In this document: in pieces, positions 1-7,916 of the stretch | Layout: each line of letters opens with the position of its first letter | How positions within the stretch are numbered: position 1 is the stretch's first letter | Source of the DNA: Promethearchaeota archaeon | Lineage (GTDB): Archaea > Asgardarchaeota > Lokiarchaeia > Sigyniarchaeales > SOKP01 | Assembly: GCA_019058015.1 (NCBI GenBank) | Contig: JAHLWH010000056.1 | Span: forward strand, 1-11,467 | Direction: 5' to 3' | Length of the DNA: 11,467 nt | Notes under the pieces: model-generated | The model's input: the letters and a program-made list of their open reading frames with translations, nothing else | What the model was told of the DNA's origin: nothing | The model's database searches: none | Program-made: the position numbers and the translations under genes

Positions 1-257
1 ATAATTAAGATTGTAATGAATAGTGCGAGGATATTAATCCCTGTAATAGAATCAAAAAGAGATATTATTATTAAAGCGAGTCCAGATATCAGTAAGATCA
101 TAGCTGTTTGATGCCAAGAGATATGAAAACCCACTTTTGTCACTTCAGACAAATTAGATTTCTTCACATCTGTAAAAATAAATTTTTTTCCCCAAAAAGT
201 ATGAGCTCCAGATAAAAAAATCGATAATATGCCTCCAATTAGATAAAATAGATTCAT
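1..257 (-). CDS. Partial small integral membrane protein of unknown function (3' end runs off the left edge)
   Basis: Not in the ORF track. Manual translation from ATG at 257 is open to the edge: MNLFYLIGGILSIFLSGAHTFWGKKFIFTDVKKSNLSEVTKVGFHISWHQTAMILLISGLALIIISLFDSITGINILALFITILI. It shows three hydrophobic segments. A TATA-like TTTATAAAA lies ~35 nt upstream. Confidence 0.75.
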   Translation of the reverse strand, partial: MNLFYLIGGILSIFLSGAHTFWGKKFIFTDVKKSNLSEVTKVGFHISWHQTAMILLISGLALIIISLFDSITGINILALFITILI

Positions 258-354
258 AATTTATATTCCTTCTATTTTCAAATTAAAATTTTATAAAGTA
301 TTCTATTAAAATAACATAATCAATAATAATTCTCTATTGATTTATTAATTTAGG

Positions 355-480
355 TTATCAAAATTATTAAAAATGTTAAGAAATGTTAGCAGTTTTTAAT
401 AAAAATTGTTCATGCGAAGTTTGGAACAAATCCCTTATTCGCACAGGCTGAAACCAGCAGCTTCTATCGGATAGATTTTG
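355..480 (-). ncRNA. Putative omegaRNA (reRNA) scaffold overlapping the tnpB 3' end
   Basis: TnpB omegaRNAs are known to be encoded at the element right end. Stems seen here: 438-445 with 411-418 (two G-U pairs valid only on the minus strand), 424-429 with 406-411, and 393-402 with 364-373. Limits approximate. Confidence 0.5.
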
Positions 481-1653
481 AATAAAATCATCTCCGACTA
501 CTTTTCTGAGGATATTTAATGCTCCATTTACGTCTGCATTGAGAAGGTAATTCGAGCCTCTAAATAATCCTCGTTTTATCCGTTTACCAACATAATTTTT
601 ATGCTTCTGAATCGGTTCTAAATCCAATGAGCTACATTTTGAAGTGTAAGACTCATTGACTTCATGAATTTGAATTCCTACAAGCTGAGTTTTATAAGTT
701 ATCATTTGTTTAAGCCTTTGAATGGGGATAGACACGAAATTCTGGTTATTTCGTTTGCCCATTCTGATATTCTGTTTTATATTTTCCAATTTACCTAAAC
801 AAATGTGTCCTATTTGGTTTTTTAAGCAATATCCTACAAGTAAATGAGCTGTATTATGTAAATAGTCAGTAATAACTGAATTTCGATTAATAGTAATATT
901 TTCAAGTCTTTTTGTCCACTTTAGGTTCTGTTTGTCTTTGATAGAATAGAGCCTTGCTTTACGTTTATTCCATTGCCGATTTATAGATTTTAAAATTCTA
1001 CCTGAAATGATAATTGGCTTTAAATTTCTGTTTTCTACTGTAGTTATTAAATTATTCAATCCAAAATCGATTGATAGATATCTCTTTGAATCCAACTTTG
1101 ATTTCTTTACGTCTTTTTTATATACTATTTCGATTTCATAGAAGTTCTTTCTTGGTAAGACCCTTATTTGTTGATAGTGTTCAAAATTCCTATTTTTATA
1201 GTGAGGGATAGATATTTCTATTGGAATCTTAAATTTAGAATATGTTTCTTTAAACAGTTTAGACATCATAAGAATGATTCTATTGTTTTTAATCTTGCTA
1301 TTCTGGTTGGTGAATATTAGAAGATTACTACAGGGTTTCTTATATTTAGGTGGTCTCGGTCTTCCATTGAACTTTTTTCGATTTTCTTTCCATTCTTTTA
1401 TCGCATTGAAGAAACTTTTCCAATTCTTATCTAAAGTTTTAAGAATCTGTTGAGAGGTTTGGGCTTTCAATAATTTATAATGAGTAGAATATTTTAAAAT
1501 GAAATTTAAATCTTCATATCGTAGCCAATTCTCTAGATTAAAAAAATCTTGCCTAACATACCAATTTGCTTGATTATAAAGTTTCTTAGAAATGGAGCAA
1601 AGCAAATCCAGATGCTCAGTCTTAGGGTTCCTGAATTTATACGCTAATTTCAT
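376..1653 (-). CDS. tnpB: RNA-guided endonuclease TnpB (IS607-associated, zinc-finger-less type)
   Basis: RuvC-I LSIDFGLNNL, VNESYTSKC, GKRIKRGLF, RuvC-III NADVNGALNIL, and N-terminal LYNQAN / SQQIL / WKSFF / PPKYK motifs. The track starts at GTG 1665; ATG 1653 (MKLAYKF) is the more likely start and overlaps the tnpA stop. Confidence 0.93.
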   Translation of the reverse strand: MKLAYKFRNPKTEHLDLLCSISKKLYNQANWYVRQDFFNLENWLRYEDLNFILKYSTHYKLLKAQTSQQILKTLDKNWKSFFNAIKEWKENRKKFNGRPRPPKYKKPCSNLLIFTNQNSKIKNNRIILMMSKLFKETYSKFKIPIEISIPHYKNRNFEHYQQIRVLPRKNFYEIEIVYKKDVKKSKLDSKRYLSIDFGLNNLITTVENRNLKPIIISGRILKSINRQWNKRKARLYSIKDKQNLKWTKRLENITINRNSVITDYLHNTAHLLVGYCLKNQIGHICLGKLENIKQNIRMGKRNNQNFVSIPIQRLKQMITYKTQLVGIQIHEVNESYTSKCSSLDLEPIQKHKNYVGKRIKRGLFRGSNYLLNADVNGALNILRKVVGDDFIQNLSDRSCWFQPVRIRDLFQTSHEQFLLKTANIS

Positions 1654-2239
1654 CTTTAAATTCACTTTTCTTTTTTATTATAAATTCTTTTCGTCTCCGT
1701 GAATACATTGACATCGCATAGCAATGCAATAATGATTTAATTTCCTGAAATATCTCCTGTTCCGTGGAAATGTATTCTAAATCATTGATAACGATTATCT
1801 TTGTTCCAAATTCATTAAATAATTTCTGAAATAGCTTAAACCCAATACGACTTAATCTGTCTTTATGAGAAATAATTACTAAATTAATCTTATCATTAAT
1901 TATTTCTTTAATCAAAAAGAGAAGATATTTTCTTTCTAATTTCATACCAGAAGCGATATCTTCATAGATTCCATTAATTACTATACCATTTTGAAAACAA
2001 TAACTCTTTAATGATTGAATTTGGGGTTCTAAATCTTTTTTTTGTTTTCTTGTTGAAACCCTTGCATACAATATATTCTTTCGTGGAATGTCTTTATTCA
2101 TAAAATCATATACAATTTTTTCATCATAATCATAACTCCCATTTGGAAACTTAATCACATTAATGATTCCTTGTTTTACATAATTTGTTAAGGTTGGTCG
2201 TGAAACTCTCAACAGATTTAAGACTTCACACGCTTTCAT
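1637..2239 (-). CDS. tnpA: IS607-family transposase TnpA (N-terminal MerR-like HTH + serine recombinase)
   Basis: N-terminal MKACEVLNLLRVSRPTLTNYVKQG HTH, catalytic YARVSTRKQKKDL, DIASG, KDRLSRIGF and C-terminal YSRRR. Confidence 0.94.
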   Translation of the reverse strand: MKACEVLNLLRVSRPTLTNYVKQGIINVIKFPNGSYDYDEKIVYDFMNKDIPRKNILYARVSTRKQKKDLEPQIQSLKSYCFQNGIVINGIYEDIASGMKLERKYLLFLIKEIINDKINLVIISHKDRLSRIGFKLFQKLFNEFGTKIIVINDLEYISTEQEIFQEIKSLLHCYAMSMYSRRRKEFIIKKKSEFKDEISV

Positions 2240-2410
2240 ATAATAATTTGAATATTTTTTAATAAAAAAATTAAATGAGTGTACTGATTTTTAATAAAAA
2301 GGAGGATGATATCTTTTCAAAATGTCTTTTACTTCATCTTTTAAATTGTACATATCGTGCAAAAATAATCTCATACTTTTCACATATTTGTTCTTACATA
2401 AAAAAAAGGT

Positions 2411-2495
2411 GGGATATAGGGCTCATCTTCCCGCTCCAGAGGTACAGAATTTAAAGTTAGTTTTTATTACTTACGCGGTGGTCTTCCTATATCCC
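2411..2495. repeat. Perfect 10-bp inverted repeat enclosing 65 nt
   Basis: GGGATATAGG (2411-2420) and CCTATATCCC (2486-2495), with inner CCGC/GCGG complementarity. Followed on the minus strand by a T8 run (2400-2407). Confidence 0.7.
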
Positions 2496-2505
2496 TTTTT
2501 CATAT

Positions 2506-2531
2506 AGGTATGTGTGATTACACGCATACTT
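2506..2531. repeat. Tight hairpin downstream of argC, possibly a terminator or part of a structured RNA
   Basis: GTATGTGTG-ATTA-CACGCATAC (2508-2529): 9-bp stem with one G-U pair on the + strand, extendable by 2 bp. Confidence 0.5.
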
Positions 2532-2576
2532 TCTGTTAGTATTCTTTGATGCCAGCAATGTTTTTTTTCAATATAA

Positions 2577-3620
2577 TTAAGTAGGGAATATGGGAATTGC
2601 TTTTAAACCCATATTTTCATCTAGATCGAACATAATATTCATGTTTTGCACGGCTTGTCCTGCGGCTCCTTTGATTAGGTTGTCAATTGCTCCAACAATT
2701 ATTATCCTGCCAGTTCTATTTTCAATTGTAAATCCAATATCACAATAATTTGAACCCTTTACAAATTTAGTCTCTGGAAATACTCCTTTTTTCGTTAGAC
2801 GAATAAAATATTCATAAAAATAATAGTTTTCATAAATCTCCTTTATCTCTTCATAGTCAAAATTATTTTTAAGTTTCCCATAACATGTCGTTAAAATTCC
2901 ACGATTCACAGGGATCAAATGAGGAAAAAAAGTAATAATAATATCAGTTCCACTCAATTCACTCAATTGTTGCTCTATTTCCGGTGTATGACGATGTGAG
3001 GTAATTTTATATGCTTTAATTGATTCATTACATTCTCCAAAAAGGAATTCTAGATTTAAAGTACGTCCTGCCCCTGTAATACCTGATTTTGCATCAATAA
3101 TAATGCTGTTTTCCTTTATAATACCCTCTGCCAATAGAGGTAATAAACATAATATAGTACATGTTGAATAACATCCTGGATTGGCAATTAGGGTTGATTT
3201 TTTAATACTTTCTCTTTTTAATTCACATAGACCATAAACTGCCTTATTCAAAAGATCTCTATTATGATGTTCAGTTTTATACCATTTTTTATAGACTTCT
3301 TTACTGTTTAACCGAAAATCTGCACTAAGATCAATTATTTTTACTTTTTCTAAAATACTTTCCGTTATAAGTATAGACGAAATTCCATGGGGGAGCGCCA
3401 AAAAGATTACATCAACTTCTTTCGCCATAGATTCAATAGTATTTCCAACACATTTAATTTCACAAATTTTTTTGAAATTCTCAAATATCGAATCATATTT
3501 ACATCTAATATGATTTTGTGATGCTAATAATTTTAATTCTACTTTTGGGTGTTGCAATAGTATTCTAACTAATTCTGACCCAACATATCCGGTTGCTCCC
3601 ATAATACCTACTCTAATCAT
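2577..3620 (-). CDS. argC: N-acetyl-gamma-glutamyl-phosphate reductase
   Basis: Rossmann GATGYVG, FLALPHG, IDLSADFR, catalytic ANPGCY, DAKSGITGAGR, HRHTPEI and DNLIKGAAGQAVQNMN. Confidence 0.96.
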   Translation of the reverse strand: MIRVGIMGATGYVGSELVRILLQHPKVELKLLASQNHIRCKYDSIFENFKKICEIKCVGNTIESMAKEVDVIFLALPHGISSILITESILEKVKIIDLSADFRLNSKEVYKKWYKTEHHNRDLLNKAVYGLCELKRESIKKSTLIANPGCYSTCTILCLLPLLAEGIIKENSIIIDAKSGITGAGRTLNLEFLFGECNESIKAYKITSHRHTPEIEQQLSELSGTDIIITFFPHLIPVNRGILTTCYGKLKNNFDYEEIKEIYENYYFYEYFIRLTKKGVFPETKFVKGSNYCDIGFTIENRTGRIIIVGAIDNLIKGAAGQAVQNMNIMFDLDENMGLKAIPIFPT

Positions 3621-3982
3621 ATATATAAACCATTTAAAATAATTATCATAAAAAATAATCTTGCTGAAGATAAGAAGGATAAAATTACTTCAATACTATT
3701 ATTAATATGAAAATTTTAATAGTGTGTAACAAATTTCGGAGTATGTGGTGTTCTAGTCAATATTGATTTCGGATTTCCATAATAAATTTGTTTAATAATT
3801 GAAATCATGATCTTAAACACCAACTTATTAATTAAAAAAGAATTCATAGTATATTAACTTTTCCCATTTCTTTCCCACAAATTCCTTAAAAAAGAATACT
3901 CAAATGATAATTAAAAGTTAAAAAAGAATATAATGTAAGAAAAAAAATCTATTAATATTAAATTCTTATAAGAAAGCATCTA

Positions 3983-4597
3983 ATGAAAGCTGTTTTTTTC
4001 ATAAAATCCGAAACTATTAATCTTAGTAATTATACGCTTAAAGACCCAATAGGTTCTACCGGTCGTTTAGATGTAATTACTCGGTGTGCTTTAGCTGTTT
4101 TATTGAATAATTTTAAGCTTGAACAAAATATTGAATTTTGGGCATTTTTGGACAATTATGGTACCTATATCTTTAAATCCGAATTATTTCAGCAAGAAAT
4201 TTTCCCAATAAGCGAATTAAGATTTATGGATTATTTTGTGGAGATAATCCAAGGCCTAGATAATGAAAATAATACTAAAAATCCTTTAAATAAAGTAATC
4301 ATCTCCGGTATTGATATTTTCGATGCTATTGAAAAATTAAGAAAAAAAGGATTCCAAGGTTATATATTACATGAAGAAGGTACAGAATTCTCCCAAGAGA
4401 AATTCGAGAAAGATAAAAAATATTTTTTTATCATTGGGAACCAATTAGGAAATTTCCTTGATTCAAAGGAATTAAAAAATACTGGAATTCCACGTGTGAG
4501 TTTAGGGACACCTCAATCATATTTAGCATCTTCGGTAATAAAATTAATCAAGCTCCAAATTATTGATTCTTTTACTAATATTAAAAATCTTAAATAA
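3983..4597 (+). CDS. trmY: tRNA (pseudouridine54-N1)-methyltransferase, SPOUT family
   Basis: LKD-x-GSTGRLDVITRC N-terminal signature, SELRF, YILHEEG, FIIGNQLG and VSLG..SYLAS knot motifs; 204 aa. Confidence 0.85.
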   Translation: MKAVFFIKSETINLSNYTLKDPIGSTGRLDVITRCALAVLLNNFKLEQNIEFWAFLDNYGTYIFKSELFQQEIFPISELRFMDYFVEIIQGLDNENNTKNPLNKVIISGIDIFDAIEKLRKKGFQGYILHEEGTEFSQEKFEKDKKYFFIIGNQLGNFLDSKELKNTGIPRVSLGTPQSYLASSVIKLIKLQIIDSFTNIKNLK

Positions 4598-4657
4598 ACT
4601 TAAAATAAAACCTAATCCATACCATATATATATATAAATCATTTTTGGAATCTAATA

Positions 4658-5296
4658 ATGGTTCTCAATAAATACAGACAAAATGCTCAAAATATAATAG
4701 AAAAACGTGTAAATTTTTTTATTAAACACAATATTTCCCCAAATATATTATCATATATGGGTTTATGTTTATCCTTAGGATGTGCCATTTTTCTCGGATT
4801 TGATTTTTTACATCTATCATTATGGCTTGCGTGGATCCCTCCTTTATTACTATTTCTCTCTGGCTCCTTTGATGTCTTTGATGGTGCAGTTGCTCGAAAA
4901 ACTAATTCTGCTTCACAATTCGGTGCATTTTTGGATTCCAATTTAGACAGATTAGCTGATGCAATAATTTTTTTAGGATTTATTTACGGTGGTTATATTG
5001 ACTACCTTACGGGATTTATTTGTTTTTTCCTGAGTTTAATGATTAGTTATATTCGTAGCCGAGCTGAAAATGAGGGCGTGGAAATGCAAGGAGTTGGATT
5101 TTTAGAGCGAGCCGAGCGAATGCTTTTATTATTTGTTGGTATGATTATTGAAGCATGGGTTTATTTCTTTACTAATGCGGAGAATTCATTATTCTTTTTT
5201 ATTTTTATCTGGACTTTCATTCTATTATTAACAATAACGGTATTCCAAAGACTCTTATTTGCATTTAAAGAATTAAAAAAAATGGAAAATCCCTAA
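4658..5296 (+). CDS. CDP-alcohol phosphatidyltransferase, probably archaetidylinositol-phosphate synthase type
   Basis: Signature DVFDGAVAR...GAFLDSNLDRLAD, plus SPN, SYIRSRAE and GFLERAER motifs and several TM helices. Adjacency to rps26e is a familiar archaeal arrangement. Confidence 0.92.
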   Translation: MVLNKYRQNAQNIIEKRVNFFIKHNISPNILSYMGLCLSLGCAIFLGFDFLHLSLWLAWIPPLLLFLSGSFDVFDGAVARKTNSASQFGAFLDSNLDRLADAIIFLGFIYGGYIDYLTGFICFFLSLMISYIRSRAENEGVEMQGVGFLERAERMLLLFVGMIIEAWVYFFTNAENSLFFFIFIWTFILLLTITVFQRLLFAFKELKKMENP

Positions 5297-5409
5297 TAAT
5301 AAGTAAAAAATTTTCGTTTCCATTTAATAAAATTATTATATTTATTCATATTTTTTATCTTAATAAAAGAGATATTTAAAGAGAAATAAGAGAACAAGAG
5401 AAAAAAAAA

Positions 5410-5682
5410 TTGCCAAAAAAACGAAAAAGCGGGGGAAAATCAGCCTCCCACAAAGGACAGAGCACTACAGTGCAGTGTGCAAACTGTGGCAGATTTGTTC
5501 CTAGAAGTAAAGCGAAACAAGTTACAAAACGTGTGTCTTTAGTAGATGGTCGTATATATAAAGAGCTTAGAGATGCGGGTGCTATAATCCAACGTCCAAC
5601 GCAGAGAGTTTATTATTGTATTTCATGTGCAATTCATAAACATAAAATCTCACAGCGTGACAAATCAACTAGAAAAACTTAG
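5410..5682 (+). CDS. rps26e: Small-subunit ribosomal protein eS26 (S26e)
   Basis: MPKKR N-terminus, VQCANCGRFVPRSKA and YYCISCAIH zinc knuckles; TTG start. Confidence 0.95.
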   Translation: MPKKRKSGGKSASHKGQSTTVQCANCGRFVPRSKAKQVTKRVSLVDGRIYKELRDAGAIIQRPTQRVYYCISCAIHKHKISQRDKSTRKT

Positions 5683-5719
5683 CACTCTCTTTTAAGATAT
5701 CCCTCTTAAGTGCCTTTTT
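5682..5719 (+). terminator. Putative terminator after rps26e
   Basis: TTAAGA/TCTTAA (5692-5697/5704-5709) and GCAC/GTGC stems followed by TTTTT, in a convergent intergenic region. Confidence 0.4.
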
Positions 5720-5859
5720 CCGACATTTGATTCCAAAATTCTTTCTCAATTTCGACCATTTTTTTTATCACTTAATTAAAAAAACTTCAATCACCATTTA
5801 TTTTATTAAAGATTTCATACTTATTCTTCAAATAAATAGAATTTAAGTGATAAAAGGAA

Positions 5860-7824
5860 TTAAATATTCATCTGTTTAAAAAAGATCGGGAGATTGTATA
5901 TTACATCAATATATTTTTTATTCTTAATTTCAATGATAGCGCGAATTAGATATTCCTGCTTTAATTCTGTATTTGGAGTGTAAATCCGAACTTTTGCATT
6001 TGTATTTAATTTCAATGAATAATTTTCGGCGACGCCAGAAAGTTCATAATCTCCAAAAATTAAAAAACCTAACAGTCCTAATTCAGTATGAAGTGCAACG
6101 AATAACGTTTTTTCATTAGCTAAAGGCTGTATTTTAATAACTTCGAAGTAATCTTTTAATTTTTTATTAAGATTTTGATATGCTACAACCCGTTTTCCTG
6201 TAAGGAATTGAAATTTAGTGTAATATAATTTATGAAAATCATGGTATTGTCTGATTTGTTCATTATATTTATCAACATTTTTCAATTTGTAGGCTTTTTG
6301 AAATAAAAGATCTACATTTATATCCTCCATGGTATACCCACTTAAAATCGTAGCAATATACGCCCTTTTTAATTTATCAAGAAGTGTAGGTATTTTATAT
6401 TCAAAATTTCCATCGATTGCCATTTCTAGAGATTCATTATAAAGGGAAGCAGAAATTTGAGAGTGCCCCAATGCTAAAAAATAATCTCCTAATTCACTAA
6501 ATACAATCATTGCTTCTTCTAAATATTTTTCTGTATCATAATTAGAGAGTTCTTCAATTATTGAGATTGCTTGCTCTTTATTCTCTTGAGTTCCCATGAA
6601 TAAAGCTAAAGCTTTTCCAATAGTACATTTCAAAATTAGTTTTCTTTCATTATAAACTTCAGCAAGCTGGCTTGTAAAATCATATTGTTTGATAGCTGAA
6701 GTGTAAAAACCATGAAATATTCTAATAAGCGCCTTAAGATAATTTATTGTTAAACCAGTTCTCCAATTATGGATAATTGTTGAAAATAAGGCAGTTCTAT
6801 CAAAAGCTTCCAATGCAGAATTAACTTTTCCGATTTTAATTAATAGAAACCCACGTAAAAACTCCATTTTTGATAATTCTGAGCATATTAATTGATTTAT
6901 AATATCATAATTTCTTCCAGAAGTCTTTCCATGGGCAAGTTGTAATAGAGAAGTTAAAAATGAACTACCTTTTTTTAGATTTTTAACAGAATCTTTAATA
7001 TTTTCATCGATTAGTGAGTTTTTTGAGGAAATTAGATAACTTCGAGCAATCCTCAAATTTTCTAAAAAATTTAAGATCCCTTCAATTTTTTTTTCCTCAC
7101 TTCTCGGTAAATCATGCCCTTGAATAAACTTCTCGCTAATTTCGCATTCTTCCTTTATTGAAGCATCCATAGGCGTTAGAGGAATTCCCTGATCTTCTGA
7201 AATTGAGTCTTTTGTTATAATGGAATTTTCTGTTACTGAAACCGCTCTCTCTATGAGCCAAGTGATTTTCTCCTCTGCGAGATATACTTTTGAGCGCAAT
7301 ATCAAATAGGATAACGTATAATTAAGGCTTTTCCGCCAAATATTTTTAAAATATATTTTTAGCGATGGGTTTGAAACTGTTCTTTGGATTTGCAATAAAA
7401 AACCCGATAGTGACAGAACATTTATTTTACTTTTATAAAGTAGATTAATCTCTCGCACTAACTTAAAATCATCGGTTACAATTGTAATTTTCGCCGAATT
7501 ATCAATTTCAGATAACATATCTGCTAATGCTATTAACGATAAATCCGGATCTTGAGCAGGAAATCTAATTTTACGTCTCTTTAAAGCGTCTTTTATTAGC
7601 TTTATATTTGCATCAGATATTTGTTTTACATGAATAAAACTCTGAAATTTCTCTCGAAAACTAGCATTTACTCCTTTTATTTCAAAAAATACCTTTTCAC
7701 TGATAAAAAATTCAAGACCAAGAAGTTTTCCTGCAGTTTCTAAATTTTCGAGTATTTTTTTAGCACGTATTTCATTCATGCAGATGAAGAAATTTGCATC
7801 GAAAATTGTGATTTGTCTAGTCAT
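5860..7824 (-). CDS. PIN-domain ribonuclease fused to a TPR-like helical repeat region and a beta-rich C-terminal domain
   Basis: PIN acidic tetrad in the expected contexts: IFD9ANF, VFFE48I, DPD94LSLIALA, IVTD118D119FKL. TPR-like helices such as FLRGFLLIKIGKVNSALEAFDRT, YLKALIRIFHGFYTSAIKQYD and FSELGDYFLALGHSQISASLYNESL. Confidence 0.75.
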   Translation of the reverse strand: MTRQITIFDANFFICMNEIRAKKILENLETAGKLLGLEFFISEKVFFEIKGVNASFREKFQSFIHVKQISDANIKLIKDALKRRKIRFPAQDPDLSLIALADMLSEIDNSAKITIVTDDFKLVREINLLYKSKINVLSLSGFLLQIQRTVSNPSLKIYFKNIWRKSLNYTLSYLILRSKVYLAEEKITWLIERAVSVTENSIITKDSISEDQGIPLTPMDASIKEECEISEKFIQGHDLPRSEEKKIEGILNFLENLRIARSYLISSKNSLIDENIKDSVKNLKKGSSFLTSLLQLAHGKTSGRNYDIINQLICSELSKMEFLRGFLLIKIGKVNSALEAFDRTALFSTIIHNWRTGLTINYLKALIRIFHGFYTSAIKQYDFTSQLAEVYNERKLILKCTIGKALALFMGTQENKEQAISIIEELSNYDTEKYLEEAMIVFSELGDYFLALGHSQISASLYNESLEMAIDGNFEYKIPTLLDKLKRAYIATILSGYTMEDINVDLLFQKAYKLKNVDKYNEQIRQYHDFHKLYYTKFQFLTGKRVVAYQNLNKKLKDYFEVIKIQPLANEKTLFVALHTELGLLGFLIFGDYELSGVAENYSLKLNTNAKVRIYTPNTELKQEYLIRAIIEIKNKKYIDVIYNLPIFFKQMNI

Positions 7825-7916
7825 TAAAATATAATTATTAAAAAAAAATATTATATTTATTGAAAAATACTTAAATTTTCAACGGCGTAAAAGGATTTTT
7901 TAATTATGATGGTTTT

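Larger units (their letters stand above)
353..2302 (-). mobile_element. IS607-family insertion sequence (tnpA + tnpB); ends approximate
   Basis: Overlapping HTH-serine recombinase tnpA and tnpB on the same strand is the defining IS607 layout. Ends are guessed from a shared 13-mer (393-405, 2256-2268, 2288-2300) and flanking GG dinucleotides at 353-354 and 2301-2302. The family call is firm; the boundaries are not. Confidence 0.8.

Noticed and set aside
318-342. 8-bp inverted repeat AATCAATA/TATTGATT
   Set aside because: Could be an operator or terminator, but it is AT-rich and has no independent support.
2408-2495. tRNA-like acceptor stem (GGGATAT...ATATCCC-ACC on the minus strand)
   Set aside because: No D arm, anticodon arm or GTTCRA T-loop.
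2322-2507. 61-aa + strand ORF with upstream AGGAGG
   Set aside because: No recognisable motif. The SD-like sequence is 16 nt from the ATG, and the ORF overlaps the inverted-repeat structure. Likely spurious.
2291-2576. Minus-strand frame with two internal stops (...MKKGYRKTTA*...SGAGR*...MYNLKDEVKDILKRYHPPFY*) as a pseudogene or selenoprotein
   Set aside because: One stop is TAA, there is no similarity to ArgJ or any family I recognise, and no convincing SECIS.
4687-4941. 84-aa minus-strand ORF
   Set aside because: Antisense shadow inside the well-supported phosphatidyltransferase gene.
7827-7882. AT-rich inverted repeats upstream of the PIN-TPR gene
   Set aside because: Short and low complexity; expected by chance at this AT content.
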